Assembly (NCBI GenBank): GCA_012295275.1
Contig: CM022670.1
Location: 4,464,001 to 4,528,000 of the forward strand
Length of the DNA stretch: 64,000 nt
DNA from: Chrysomallon squamiferum
Lineage: Eukaryota > Animalia > Mollusca
Direction: 5' to 3'
Shown: one piece after another, positions 41,483 to 56,064 of the stretch
Numbering within the stretch: the first letter of the stretch is position 1
Layout: every line of letters starts with the position of its first letter
Position numbers and translations under genes: made by a program
Notes under the pieces: model-generated
Databases searched by the model: none
What the model saw: the letters and a program-made list of their open reading frames with translations, nothing else
Told to the model about the DNA's origin: nothing

Positions 41483-43785
41483 TAAAAGCAGTAACATATC
41501 GCTTTAATATATAAAAAATTAGTAGTTTTTTATAACCTTTTTTATGGTAGAATGCATTTACAGTATATCTAGCTAAAGGATCTTCATTAAATTTTAAAAA
41601 AGAGAATTGAAAAAACCCACCTGAACTAGAGATAAAATAATGAAAAGACAGAGTGCTGATTTTTACATTTATTTTGGTGAAATTTGCCACGAATTTGTGC
41701 AATATTCAAGCAACAGTGGAAACATCTGTTTTGACGAGATGAATGTGTCAAATCAATTTTTTAATGCACATCTTAAAACGTGGAATTTACATAATTTTAC
41801 ATATTTGTCGATGTCGGGTTTTGCTTATGTAAGACGTTTTATGTCTGTGAATACTGGTATGTATATTTTTTGTGATGTTTCTGTATTTTATCAAAAGAAA
41901 ACCAAAAACAAACAAATTTCAGTAATATTTCTTGAGCAGGTTGAGGATGGATCCATTATGCTAAATTCAGAAATCCGAATCTTTTTCTCAGAACAGCAGA
42001 AATAGTGATATCTTTCAAATATCGGACTGTTTTGCATACACAAACTTTATTTTATGCACATAATAATTAAAAATGTTATATAACAAATCCAGCAGACTGT
42101 TTGTATAAACTGCATATGAAATACAAATGGTATTTGCATTTAGATTCTGAACGGGTAATAAATTTTATTTGATACTTTTATATATATATATATATACATT
42201 CATATATACACACACACACACACACACATATATGTGTATTAATAGAAATATACAGATATAGATATAGACAGTGTGATATTAATAGTTTCATTTATTAACT
42301 TTAAAAGTATTAACAGCAGAAACTGAGACATTCATAGAATCTTTCTTATGAGTTAAAATAACTCTATTCACTATCTGTTTGATTATTACAGATATTATGA
42401 TGACAGTGATAAAATACGGTTCTAAAAAAGGTGTATAAAAAAGGTGTATAAATGTATCATCTGTGTAAACATTCAAATTGTATATCCACGTGTCTATCGC
42501 GCGTTCTGATTAAAGGTTTGTATATCCAGTTGACTGAATGAAGTAAAAACAGAAAAACACGAAGCACAATTTAATCTTCATTAAAGTGAAAGCTGATTCC
42601 AAAAATGGATCTATATAAAGGTTTGTCCATCCACTCACACACATATACATATATATATATTGATATGTAATGAACATGTATATAAATAAAAACACAAACA
42701 CACACATATACATATATGGATACACACTACAACATATATATACTTATTATTTTTATTCTTTTTTCTTTTTTCTTTATTTCTTGTCTTTATTTTCTTTTTT
42801 CTTACGTATATTCACAGATATAAAACGCAATATATGCTATGATGAATCTAACTGGGTTCTACAACCTCGTTTTTTATAGCATTTGTTCCTTATAGCATTC
42901 ACTGAAAGAAATATGAATAGGGTTGATTTGTTTTAAACCGTCACGTAAGAATTAAAAAAATATTATATAATACTGTTCAAAATATTGTATAAAAATACAT
43001 TTAAACTATTGACATAAGGATTACATATATAAATTCGCACAAAAGAAAGAAAGAAAAAAGAAATCGGTAATATATTTCAGCTTCGTATATTTCAGCTTGC
43101 AGGATAGGAGGCGAAGGAGGATAGGAGGCGAAGGAGTGGGGGAAGAGATAATTGCGGAGAAGAGGTGGAAGTAGAGGAGACTTTTGTAACTTTCTTCTTG
43201 TTTTCCTTTTTCTTCTTGTTGTTGTTTTTCGTCTTCTTCTTCTTCTTCTTCTTCTTCTTCTTCTTCTTCTTCTTCTTCTTTCTTAGTAATCTCCATATTT
43301 AGATATATTTTCTAACATCAAACCTGTCACCAAAAAAAATAAATTGCATTTCAGAATTGTATCGAATCCTTCCTCCCCTTAGAGCTGATTTTTACACATA
43401 CGCTTTTTGCGGTTCTTTTTTTCTTTTTTAATTTAATTTTCTTTTTTCTTTTCTTTCCTTTTTTTCTTTCTTTCTTTCTTTCATTCTTTCTTTCTTAATT
43501 TTATTTATTATTTTTTTTATTTATTTGTTGCTGCTGGTGTTGTTATTGTTTCTTTTCTTTCAAGGCATTAGTGCAGGTAGTAGCCGGCAAAAAAAGATTT
43601 ACATTTATCATTAAATAACAAATTACAAAAAGGCGACAGCAGATCACAACATTTTTTGCTATGCTTTTCATGACATAATTACATTTTGCATCTCTACTGT
43701 TGAAAATAATTTCATTTCTTAAAGGTGCATGACATGTTGGAGATAAAAATTAGGATTTTTTTAGGTAGCTTAATGTCAACCCGGT

Positions 43786-44072
43786 GGCATTTAAAACTGA
43801 ACGCACATCAGACGCGAATGTCGCAACTATAAACTATCGCGATATTTTTACGGCGATTTATCGGCGATTTATCGGCGATTTTCGCCACCACTGTTGCGTT
43901 ATCGCTGGCAAATCGCGTGCTATAAATAGAATTTTACGTCACACGTATACTCAGACGTCAGGTGATTTCTCTCGATCATGATGTCGACTTGCAGGACGTC
44001 CAGCGAAAAGCTACGTATTCGCGAAATCGCACTGATAAACGCGACGAAAATCGAGTTCAGTGTGGATGGGCA
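43786..44072. mobile_element. CpG-rich MITE-like relic
   Basis: Abrupt CpG-rich block with tandem CGGCGATTTAT units (43851-43882) and weak inverted ends sharing ACTGAAC/GTTCAGT. Confidence 0.35.
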
Positions 44073-44966
44073 ACACGGCAAGGAATCGTTCGCGTTTGGT
44101 GGACTTTGAGCATCAAGTAGTAAACAGTCACATTTAGCGATGTTCAGTCTAAGATTACCTACCTCAGAAATTAAATCAGAGTAGATCCATTGACTTATTA
44201 AACGACTGCTGGCCGTCCGAAACATGCCAATGTCGACTAAACGTTCAAGAACGTATGTCATGGGCATGTAATCCACAGTTTGGTTTTTGTGAATAAGATT
44301 ATCTTAAAATGATGTGTTTGTTATTATTGATTTTGTTTTCATTTATTTCTTCTTATTTTTTTCTTTTTGTCTTTCTTTCTTTCTGTTTGTATTTTTGCGT
44401 GTCTATATATTAGTGTACATGTGTGTTTATATTTCTGTAAACTATTCCTACTCTATTAAATACAAAAGACATTTGTTTTGTGTCGTACACTATTAAATGA
44501 TTATTTAAATCTAAAGAGATATTAAATTTAGAAGCGTGAGCCGAAATGTTAGACTAACTTTAAACGTTTATTAAACTGGACGCTAATTTAGATGGTTCGC
44601 CAAAGTCATCTACATCGAAGAATAAAAGAACTTAATGTCCAATTTAATAAATGCCAATATCACAAATTAATTTCCGATCAAGAACCAAATCTTCATATCA
44701 CGTTGACAAATAACCTGAAACAATAAATAAAAGTTGAATTAAATGTATTCACCGACAATGTCCGATTGTAGCAGCATATTTGACATTATTTTACAAGTTC
44801 TCCAAAATCTATGACCTTCCATGTATCTAGCGAACAGCGCGTGACGTTACTGTAATTGTTGACGTCATAACACAAATACATTGTTTTATTTAGAAAAGTC
44901 AGTTTGTAGACTGGATGCCCCACAACATAGGTTCGTAAACTGATATTCTTGTTCTGTTGCTGTTGT

Positions 44967-45001
<35 letters not shown>

Positions 45002-45456
45002 TTGTTTGTTTGTTTGTTTGTTTGCATGTTTTTCTGTTGGCTGTTTTTTTTTTTTTTTTTTTTATGGGATCGATTAATAAAGAGAATATAGTTTATTACA
45101 AGCTTCAGTCTGGGCTTAATATTGATTTCACTTACTATTTAAAGTGATAAATGATTAATGTCCTGTTCAGAGGGATCATCATCCACAATAAATTTTAACA
45201 ACTAAAACAAATTATTGGTACTACAATATACTAAAATAATGAAAGCAAACCAGTGTGTGTGTGTGTTTGTGTGTCTGTGTATGTGTGTGTGTATATATAG
45301 AGAGAGATATTTATAGATATACAGATATAGATATATATAGTTATATAGATCTAGATATAAATATAGATACAGACATAGTTATAGATATATAGATACATAT
45401 ATATAGATACAGATATACATACGAAACAAACGACATGGTGAAAACTTTCAGCGAGG

Positions 45457-45502
<46 letters not shown>

Positions 45503-45506
<4 letters not shown>

Positions 45507-45939
45507 AATGTATCTGCAAACAGTAATAATTGTATAACAGATAACGTACGGTAAAACAAAAGAAAAAAAAAAATGAGAAATACTGTCATGGCGTTCAAAC
45601 ATGCTCTCGCTCTGTTTTTCACTCTGAAATGACTGTAATTGTAAAACAGAAACACTGTTAATTGAAATGGTGTTCGTAATTTACTGCCGAAGCATGTAAG
45701 ATGTTTAGCGACGACCATCTGTGTGGGTACCCACTAAAAGTCTTACATGTCTCGGCAATAAATTACGAACACCATTTCAATTAACAGTGTTTCTGTTTTA
45801 CAATGACCGTCATTTCAGAGTGAAAAACAGCGAGAGAGCATGTTTGAACGCCATGACACTATTTCTCATTTTTTTTTTTTTTTTTTTTTACCGCAATTTG
45901 TCTATTATACATTAATTACTGTTTGCAGATACATTACAG
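45503..45939. repeat. 437-bp near-perfect palindrome (foldback/MITE-like), arms about 205 bp, 25-bp spacer
   Basis: CTGTAATGTATCTGCAAACAGTAAT at 45503 pairs with ATTACTGTTTGCAGATACATTACAG ending 45939; a perfect 46-bp core pairs 45638-45683 with 45759-45804. Confidence 0.95.
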
Positions 45940-46203
45940 AAAAGTTATGTATGTTAAATCGTGAAAATATGTTACCTCTAGAACATATCTACGTTATTTA
46001 CATTTATTCTTCTTTATGCATCGTTTCGTTATTCGTTGTGTTTTTATGTACGCGCATCGAGGACACCCTGTATGTATAAGTGATATATGTATGTATGTAT
46101 GAATATATGTATATATGTATGTATGTATGTATATATGTATATATGTATGTATGTATGTATATATGTATATATATGTATGTATGTATGTATATATATATAT
46201 GTA

Positions 46204-46259
<56 letters not shown>

Positions 46260-49200
46260 CATACATACATATACATATGCATAGACAGACAGACGGAGAG
46301 AAAAGCAGACAGGATGATAGATATAAACTATTATTCATTTTAATTTCACTTTATAAATATACATGCATATAGTCACAGACATAAAATGTCACATCAGAAA
46401 AGCTATCGGAAAGAATGTAAAATTCTCTAATCAGCAGAGGAATATGTTTCAACTTCAGTATTTTCGTTCTGCCGTCATCGTCAACGTAGTTATTTAATCA
46501 GCCTAGTTATATGTACACAACAATCGGTAAAGTTAGACATTACGTGTAAGTCGTGAAAAATTCACCATTTCACGAAACAGGTGAAAATCATGTCCATGCT
46601 TTACCCGAACTAACTGAACAGCTATAGCAAGAAGAACAAACGTTTGCATATCATCAGCTAAAATTAATGGCAAATAAATTTATTTCAGTGATTCGCATTT
46701 ACTGATTTTCACAGAATAAGCTACCGTGACAAAGGCTGGATCATTTCAGCTGGTATCTGAAACATCAGCAGAAATAGAAGTTGCACTTTTAGAATCGAAC
46801 TGGTGACGACGATTTGGCCCTTTGAGAATTCATGTTTTCATACAAACTGCTTACATAATTATCAATATCGTCTGCTAAAATAATGCTCAGCATATTTCGA
46901 AGATTACTAGGAACCTCCAACGCTTTTATAGACAGATTTTAATTATTAAAAACTAAATATATTTAGAACTTACCTCTAAGTCTAAGAGTATGAACAAAAA
47001 AACAACAACAACAACAACAAAAAAAAACTTAGCTGTTCCTACTATACGTTTAAACACGGAGTATGTTATATGAGCACATTGTATTTAGATATTGTTGGTA
47101 ACAATTAATTGATTTTTGCCTTACTGTTCATACTGTTTTTACATATAAGTACTTTATATAATCATTATATGCAGTGATGGAAATGGGTTCTAGGAATTAG
47201 GTGTAGACTAAGTTCCACGTGTCTCTGACGTTACAATATATGAGCCACACCGTGAAATTTGATTTGTAATGTGAAAATACAGTTTGTTATTAGGAGCACT
47301 AACTGAGAAGATATTGAATTATTTACTGATTACCCTTATGAATTCTGAATTCTGGTTTCAAGAAGAACATGTAGAAAAATCCTAAGTACTATCCGCAATG
47401 AGCGGAATGTGCAATGGATATCTTACATCAAAACTACCAAACTGCTGTACCGACCTGCCGAGACCGTCTGCGTGTGTTTTCTCGTGTAAAACTCTAAACT
47501 CAAGTAACGACAGACTGAGCTTTTGTTTTGTTTGCAAAGATAATTATTTCTTGTTTATGAGAGCTGACTGAAATATGGAATTATAATTACTAATAAAAGT
47601 GTCTAACTCCATACTAGTACACAAATTGGACATAAACTGGAAATTAAAAATGTCGTCCCCTACGTATGTTTTATTTCCAGTACAGTTCATGTAGTGATAT
47701 TATACATAACACCAATGAGCTGAATGCATTGTTCTTAGTGATACGTTCTAACTGTAATTAACTTTGTTATTAAAATTACACCCAGTTTCCAGAGACATCT
47801 GTTTGTTACAATCAGTCCGCGCAAAATGGCTAAAATCAACAGAAATCAGCAATAATAATAAACTAAACTGTTGAAAATATCAGATAAATAAAATATTAAA
47901 ATATAACGAATGTTAAATACAGAATATGATCGTACATATTACACAGCTTGCCTGATTCACATTCAGCTTTTATGCAACAGATATTATTCATTTTCCTGAA
48001 ATAACTGAACATTTTAGGCATTATACTGAATCATCATACTAAATCACACGTTCATGTTCATTACGTGAAACGGCATTTAACGAAAAACTGGTTTCACAGC
48101 TGACTGTAACACACACACACGTGTAGACAGTAGACAGATAGATGGATGGATGCATGGATTGATGCATGGACTGATGGATATATTATGTAGGTACGTAGGT
48201 AAATAGAAACACAATCAGACACACAGACAGATGATGAACTTTTGTAGAGACAAATAAATGATATAAATGACATGAGATAAATAAATGATATAAATGATCT
48301 GTGATGTTTAGAAATTAAAAACATGTTTTCAGAAATAAGCGAACAGAATCTTTATCAGTCACTGTCTCTGTCTGACTCTTTCTAACTCTGTTTACACACC
48401 CACACACACATACACACAGACACACACACATACCCAAAGCAAACATACACACTTACACATATATAGAACTATATATATATAGATAGATAGATAGATATAC
48501 TAGATGGTAAATAGATTTGTATCTGTTCTTCATACATAAGCTGATGTTAACATGCACATACATTTACATACATACATACATACATACACGTATATACCAT
48601 ACATACATACATACCATATAATGTTTAGAAACGTTGTTCAGCGTAATGTTTCAATCTTACAAACGTTTCAAGACGATAATAATATTATTGACCTCGCCTA
48701 TTTAAAGAGATGTTGTTAGACTGTTTCGTGTTATTTACAAATAGGAAATACACAGCGGAAGAAAAAGCAGGAAAAAAATACAAAACACACGTTGTAATTT
48801 AATTTTCCTGATAAAATTTGATTAAATTGAAGAAGACGAAAACATCGATTCAAATTCAAAAGGCTAACAACCGAGAAACCTTTGCATTTTATTGTTCGAA
48901 AACAGAAATCAATGAAACAGAATAAATTGCTCAAGTTATTAGCATTTAACGACAACGGCATTCAACAGACAAGGAGAGTAAAAAGTACGTTCTGTAATAA
49001 CATATTCCAACCAGTCGTTAGATCATCTTCAGTATGACAGGCATCCTTCCCCGCTCATAAACTTATCAAATTTTTGTGGTCGTCTCTGACTATTTCTAGA
49101 CTGCAATGCAATCTGCGTATGCGACATCACGTTACCTTTGCGTCATTGATTTAGGATTTCTTCTCCAATACAAATCATATATTGTTCGCACTCAAATTAA

Positions 49201-50282
49201 ATTGCGCTAGGATGGCTTCAGATTGTAATTGTATACACTACGGCGTGCTTTTCGATCACCTCTTGTGAAGATAATGCTAATAGTCGAGTAAAGACGTCGT
49301 TTATCGCCGACTTTCGGCTTATTTAGTCTACATAAAGGCTGCAATCGATTCAGTCACGACGTGGGTCTTGATGGGGCAAGAGGCAAACATTATCAGTTTC
49401 AGTCCATTTCTTCAAGTCAGTTCTAGTGGCTCGTGTCGGGTGTGCCTGCCTCCTTGATGGCAGTCGAGGATCTCGTTGTGATCCACGAAGGCCCTCGACG
49501 CTTGGCTCGTAACACAAGAGATTTTCATTTCTCATTTCGATCGCCACTCGAGTCGTCTAGCTTCTACTTTGCCTTCACTTGCCGCTGGCGACACAGAGCG
49601 GAGAAAAACGGCGGTCTCTCGTGGCAGTCTCCCTTCTGGCTGTAATGATCAGTAAAATCAAACTCTATCTCGTCATTACAGATGGCATTGGGCTATAAAA
49701 GAAGAAAATCTATTTTAAGGACATTTTTTTTTTTTTTTTTTTTTTTTCTTCTGCTTCTTCGCAAGCGCTAGTGAAGACTCGAGACAATAAGAATAACTCT
49801 TCTGTGGATAATTTTGATAATCACGAGCAATTTGTTTTGACGTTTCTTGTCAGATGCATCGGTTTTCCTCTTTTCGTTTATTCGAGTATACCGAAAGAGA
49901 CTCGTCTTTAGGGTTCACTAATCAAAGAGACTGCAGATCTCAGCTGCTTAACTCTGTCGGATGAAGATCAAGTCACATGCAATCGATTTTGACTCGCTGA
50001 TCGGCGGTGACTTGTTATGCAAAGGCGCTGATTTGTCATGATTATGTGTTTATTTGACACCGACTCTCTCAGAATACAAAACATGTGTTTATTCATTGAC
50101 TTACGTATTATTCACAGTAGTATGTCTCATTTAAACCCAGAATATTTTAGTTGATAAAATAAATGTATTTTTCAGATTAAGAATTTAATTCATTACAATC
50201 TTTCTTCTTCTTCTTATTATTATTATTATTACTGTTGTTGTTGTTATTATCATCATCATCATTATAATCATCATCATCATCA

Positions 50283-50347
<65 letters not shown>

Positions 50348-51239
50348 GCTATTATTCTTAGTTGTATTTGTTGTATTAGTAGAAGCGGTAGTAAATGTAC
50401 TAGTAGTAGCAGTACCTTATTTAATTTATTTTTCTCCTTATTTTTCTTTGTTCCCTTTGCATTCCTTCATGTTTATTTATTAAACTGAACTATTTTGCTT
50501 GTTTGTTGTTATGGTTTGTTTTTGTTTTTGGGGGGTTTCAGTGCAATTTGTTTTAAATTTTCTTTTTTATGTTTGTAGTTTTGGTTCGTTTATTATTTCA
50601 CTCAAACTTTTTATTTTCAGAATCTTTAATTTATCTTTTGAAAAACAGTTTCACTCTTTTTAACTCTTCTTTTCTTTTCTTTTACTGTCACAAATGATAT
50701 TGACCATAACACGACGAAAGCGTTGACTCTATTAAGTTACCATGGAAAAACTCGACAAATACAATCTAAAATTCATATGAAATCGAGGTAACACGATATT
50801 CTTTATTTCTTGTAGTGATATATTATTCAGCAAACGCCTCTCACGGAATCCACTGAAACTCCTTGGGGAACCAGTCGAGTCGTTGTGGTTAGTAAATTAT
50901 GAATTAAGTTTGGTTAATACGCTTCTGCGATCTCTTTCCCTTTCTTTAAGACAGGCTTGAGTAGGCCTTACACTGTCTTCACCACAGACTTGTCGCTGGT
51001 ATTTTTGAAAAGACGATCTGTTACACACGCTGTCTGTTATGTCTTCAAGAACGGAAACCAGCTACATTGCATTCTGCAGAATAACTGTATGTTCCATAAC
51101 GTTGTCAAGTCATCAAAGTTTATATTATATCATAAATAAACATGCATGAATCCCATATTATATACTTTTTAAAATCTTATGTGCATACAGGCACATATGC
51201 AAAAACACACACACACACACATGCATACAAATAATTGCA

Positions 51240-51720
51240 CAGAAACACACACATACACATAAATATATATATATATACACACACACATATATATACAAAC
51301 ATATATACATGCATACATACATACATACATACATGTATACATGCATACATACACACATACATAACTATACACATAAATATATATATATACACACACACAC
51401 ACATATATATACAAACATATATACATGCATACATACATACATACATACATGTATACATGCATACATACACACATACATACATGTATACATGCATACATAC
51501 ACACATTACATGTATCATGCATACATACTATACATTACATGTATACATGCATACATACACATACATAACTATACACATAAATATATATATATATACACAC
51601 ACACACATATATATACAAACATATATACATGCATACATACATACATACATACATACATGTATACATGCATACATACACACATACATACATACATACATAC
51701 ATAACTATACACATAAATAT
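51240..51720. repeat. Higher-order repeat of a compound (TA)/(CA)/(CATA) microsatellite, ~115-bp unit, about 3-4 copies
   Basis: Block AAATATATATATATACACACACACATATATATACAAACATATATACATGCATACATAC...ATAACTATACACAT recurs. Confidence 0.8.
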
Positions 51721-51852
51721 TACAACTATTACTATCAGCACTATTTAGACAATTATTACTACAATTTCTTCTACTATAACAATAATGATCATCAACATAA
51801 TCATTGTTATTATCATTAGCATCAGCATCGACATCATCGTCATCATGACTAT

Positions 51853-51887
<35 letters not shown>

Positions 51888-51906
51888 TTACTACTTCTAC
51901 TACTAC

Positions 51907-51964
<58 letters not shown>

Positions 51965-52656
51965 GCCATTGTTGTAGTTGGTGTTTATGTCACATTAGAA
52001 CTATAAATATTAATGAGATAACTGACAGATAACAAACCGTGACGCAATTTCAAGGTGGACGATTATTCATTTATTAAAATGTATTCTTATCTGCTTTAGT
52101 TGAGTAACTATTTATTTATTATCGTTATCATTCTCTTTATCAACCTGTCCATGAATCGATATCATTCTTGACAACTATATATATATAAATAATTTCATGT
52201 ACGCCTATATTAATAGTAACAACATGCATATGTGACTGTAAATATATATACTGTCAAATAATTTGGTAAATTTTACTGTTCTATATCAACATAATTACTT
52301 AGCTACAGATACGACTGTCAGGTTGATAGATAATCACCTGTCTAACGTGTATGAGTATTACGAACAGAAGGGCTGCAGTTTTTATCTGTTTTATGTAAAA
52401 GACAAATTCAGTGACGTATTCGAACATGCATTATTTATGAGTTTTTATACAGGGATAAAAATAAAAAATAAAAACTGTTTTGGTCATATTTTTAAATGAC
52501 TGCAAACTTCAGCTGGCTTTTTATTTTAATTTTATTTTTCTGTATGTACTGTCACACGTCCTAATTGATTATATTTTAATTTGACAGTTTCATCTTTCTG
52601 ACAATTTGTTCCTGCATTCCTTTTTTTTTTGTTTTTGGGTTATTATTATTATTCTT

Positions 52657-52751
<95 letters not shown>

Positions 52752-53914
52752 CTCTCTAATTTTCTTTCATTCATTTTCTCCATCGTTTTCTCTCTCGAAA
52801 AGATATCATTTAACCTCGAGTCTGGGTGATAATATAATTTAGGGAGACTGACATCTCTAAAATCCCCCATTACCTCTCCGACCTGCACACCCCGGAGCCT
52901 AATGAATAGAAGAGAAGTTTCTTAATTCGGTTTTAAATCGATAATAGTCAGAAATCCGCAGCAACACAAACCAGATGTGATATGGGCACAAAAAGGCGTG
53001 GTCGACACCAGCAATAAAGTCTTGTAAAGTTCACATACGAACACATAAAGCTATTTGAATTCTGTAATGTTGACACTTTGCCTGTCAGTAAATTTTCTGT
53101 AATTGAAACTCGAAGGATCGATTCTCTGCAGAGCCCTTTGCTGTTCATGATTCCATTAAACAAAGATTTCCAAGACGGGTTATTAAAGACTATGTGTATT
53201 ATTACTGATAAAATTCCACCTTAGAATGGAATGTTTTCTCTTAAAATCCAAAAAGAGAAAATTAAATCCAAAAGTTTGGGAAAGACTACATTTACAATCT
53301 TTCAAGGATAGGCATTTCTATTAAATGCTCTCCATAGGTCACTTAAAATGAAAATACATGTATTTGATTTTAGCGACTTGATATTTCAATTTAACGTCCA
53401 ATTTCTAAAATAGCTACCATTTGACTCAAGTATTTTCATAGATACTGACTGCAGAGTCATATTATGAATATTTTCTGTCATATTTTAACAATAGTCGGAA
53501 GAACAGTTGAAATATAACATTAATGTTCAAATAAAGAAAAAAAAAATTAATTTTGGCTGAAATCTGATAATAAAGGCAAAATAAATCAAACTGTCAGATA
53601 CAGAGTTCATTTCACACCTTTCTGATGGATTCGTGTTTGAAATATGGTTTCTAGAATCACAACAGAAAGGTCAGGGACGAGATACTATCGAGTGCAGAAG
53701 CACTGTTCACTGTTTTATCTGGATTCCTTGTCAGCTAAGTGAAAATAAGAATATCACTCTTAATTTACCCCAAGTGTGTTTTATGGTAGTACCTGTCACA
53801 AAAAAATGTTTATGTCGTCAATGTGTATTTTACTTTTTGGTTGGAAGATAATTATTTGGGTGTTTTGTTTGTTTGTTTTTGGGTGGGTTTTTGTTGTTGT
53901 TTTTTTCGTTGTTT

Positions 53915-54140
53915 TTTTTGTGTTGTTATTATTATTTTGCTGTTGTTGTTGTTGTTTGTCGGTTTTTGTAGTTCTTGTTGTTATTCGTTGGGGGTTTTTC
54001 GTGTTTTTTTTTGATGGTTTCATTTTGGTTTTTTGTTGTTGTTTTTGTGTTGTTATTATTATTTTGCTGTTGTAGTTGTTGTTTGTTGGTTTTTGTAGTT
54101 CTTGTTGTTATTCGTTGGGTTTTTTTCGTGTTTTTTTGTT
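53915..54140. repeat. Tandem duplication of a GT-rich ~125-bp unit
   Basis: TGTGTTGTTATTATTATTTTGCTGTTG...GGTTTTTGTAGTTCTTGTTGTTATTCGTTGGG occurs twice. Confidence 0.75.
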
Positions 54141-54575
54141 GTTGTTGTTTTTGTTGTTTTTTTGTTTTTTTTTACTATGAATTTTTTTCCTTACAAAGAG
54201 TAGCTTTACACTTTTCGTAATATTAAAACACATCTCCCACTGGTTATACACTGTGAACACGCCCCTAAGTTCTGGTGAACGAATGAATGTTAAAACCCTT
54301 CCCCTTGTTACGATTATTCTACGATAAGATTTCACTTTCCCTTTGTCAGTGATCCTCCCACCCCGCTCAGTGGCTGGGGTTTAATAACGTTAAGTGGTTT
54401 TTCCGCATGGTTGCCTCACTGCCAAATCTGTCATTATTTACGACAGTTTGATGAGTTTGTTTTTCTTTCTCTTACTCTTTTAACAAAGAGAATACGTTAC
54501 AGGCATTCTTCAGTGTGCAATATTCATTCTATGAACTTATTTTGATTTTATTCTTATTTATATCATTTGAAAAAG

Positions 54576-54609
<34 letters not shown>

Positions 54610-54824
54610 AAAACAACAACAACAACAACAACAAAACTTTAAAATGATATCAAGATGTCTATGATTGGTCAGTTATTGTAAGAGTTACAAAGGGGTCTTT
54701 TAAACTGGCTGATTAAAATAAAAAGGGGTCTTATAATTTTCTAACAATTAAAACAATTTAACAGAATGAATCCGAAAATGGCAAAATATAGAAAAACAGG
54801 CGATCGTTCTTTAGCACACACACA

Positions 54825-54869
<45 letters not shown>

Positions 54870-55706
54870 CATGAATACCCCTGAAGTGAAAGTAAAATAA
54901 ACATCCAATCAAATGGCAGTATTTTGATCAGCTGATCTAACACAAGTTTGGTTTAAAACCTGTGTTAAGTCAAATCATTTGATTTTTTTTTTTTTTTTTT
55001 TCCAGATGACAGAAAACAGTTCTCGCTCGATAGACTTTGGTAATATTATTAAACAACTGAAATGGTTTTATTGTGGGAAATTTAAAAACAACAACACTGT
55101 TAAACACGGGCAGGCCCAAGTGGCGGAAAGTACGATTTCTTACCTACTAAAATTCTCCGTTAAAAAGGGCTTGTTCTCACAAAGCATTAAAGTACTAAAA
55201 GTACTATCACGGTTAAAAAAAAAAAAAAAAAAAAAAAAAATTTAATCATTTTCTTAAATAGATTGTCTGGATTTTTAAACATCACTTTTGCGCACTCTTT
55301 TTCGCTAAAAATTTCTACAGATGAAAAGAAAATAATAGGACAGTATTCGGCAATGTGCGAACTACGTCCCGAAAATGTGTTCCTAAACCTCCAGGTATTT
55401 AACACAACGCAAACAGTGGTCACAGCGTTTTTAAAGGAAATTGGTCTGATGCCAAGACCTATTTCTATTTGAAAGAAAATAGATAAAAAACTATATCGTT
55501 AATTATGAAAACAAAATAATAGGACAGTATTTCAATGTTTTCTTTTTTCGTTTTAAATTTTTAAATTAACTTTTTTTTTTTCGTTTTTAAATTTTTTTTT
55601 AATGTATTTTTATTTTCTTTTTTTTCTTTTCTTTCTTTTTCTTTCTTTCTTTCTTTCTTTTTTCTTTCTTTTTTCTTTCTTTCTTTCCTTCTTTCTTCTT
55701 TTTCTC

Positions 55707-55737
<31 letters not shown>

Positions 55738-56018
55738 TTATTATTATTAACTGCTTTCAATAATAACAATACAGAGACAGTTGTATCAACAACTATTACT
55801 AACATCGCTAATCTATATTTTTAACGCCAAATGATAATGCGATTGCACAACTCAGTCTTTGTAATAATTTGTTCTGGCCACGCTAATACAATACCTTCAG
55901 TTTGAAATTGGATACGATAATCCTTTTTTAAAATATATCTTCTTTAATAGAGAAAAACAAACCTATTCTGAAAAAACGTTATGAGAGAGACAGAACTAGA
56001 GACAGAAAGAAATACAAT

Positions 56019-56064
<46 letters not shown>

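Noticed and set aside
49350-49645. Short ORFs in a GC-rich block
   Set aside because: Non-ATG starts, no recognisable domain or paired splice sites; more likely regulatory DNA.
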